This document shows, piece by piece, positions 18,464 through 18,707 of a DNA stretch of 18,707 nt (within the stretch, counting starts at the first letter, position 1; each line of letters starts with the position of its first letter). The DNA is from Fonticula alba ATCC 38817 (Eukaryota; Protista; Nucleariida). The position numbers and the translations under genes are program-made. The stretch lies in NCBI GenBank assembly GCA_000388065.2, contig KB932206.1. One strand, 5' to 3'. The notes beneath the pieces were generated by a model. It saw only the letters and a program-made list of their open reading frames with translations. It did not search any database and was not told where the DNA came from.

Positions 18464-18500
18464 CGCGCGCGCGTGTGTGTGTGTGTGTGTGTGTGTGTGT
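18464..18500. repeat. (CG)n followed by (GT)14 microsatellite
   Basis: Read directly. It lies downstream of aconitase. Confidence 0.9.
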
Positions 18501-18707
18501 CTCTACGGTGTTGATGTGCCTGCCGGACCGCCCTCCGCAGGGTGTGTGTGCCTCAGGGAGGAGGGGGCGAGGGCACCAGGTGAGTGGGCTTTTCCTGTCT
18601 TGTCCCTTCCCATGCAAGACACGTTGGGCATCCGTGGCCGCGTGCTTGTGCGTGTGTGTGCCTGTAGACCCGGATTTCCTCGGCCCAGAGTGGTATCCAC
18701 CCCCCCC

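Noticed and set aside
1-18707. CRISPR arrays, transposons, tRNA and rRNA genes
   Set aside because: I found no spaced direct repeats, transposase or RT motifs, terminal repeats or cloverleaf and rRNA signatures on either strand.

Overview
Eukaryotic, GC-rich, intron-containing genomic DNA with three assembly gaps (2235-2625, 11004-11135, 15073-15255). I reconstructed six spliced protein-coding genes by hand: a divergent-loop cyclophilin (+, 5'-partial, ends 529); ARL1 small GTPase (-, 1160->2045, 5' exons probably in gap 1); mitoribosomal mL60/MRPL31 (+, 4198-4896); GET1/WRB insertase subunit (+, 6229-7109); an unusually long GTP-dependent PEP carboxykinase with a predicted mitochondrial presequence (-, 7549-11364, about 810 aa); and mitochondrial aconitase (+, 15334-17983). 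The mix of fungal-type aconitase and mL60 with a GTP-type PEPCK suggests an early-branching holomycotan or opisthokont protist such as Fonticula (inference only). No CRISPR array, tRNA, rRNA or mobile element is supportable, and I found no clear multi-gene novel system. The best leads are: the PEPCK (bacterial-like motifs, a 146-aa unexplained N-terminal segment, two insertions); splicing oddities (+4C donors, a purine-only 3' splice site, a (GU)n/(CA)n fold-back intron, a donor overlapping the cyclophilin stop); and a low-confidence RNase MRP-like RNA candidate in the 4-kb PEPCK/aconitase divergent spacer. Comparisons with homologues are from memory and no searches were run.
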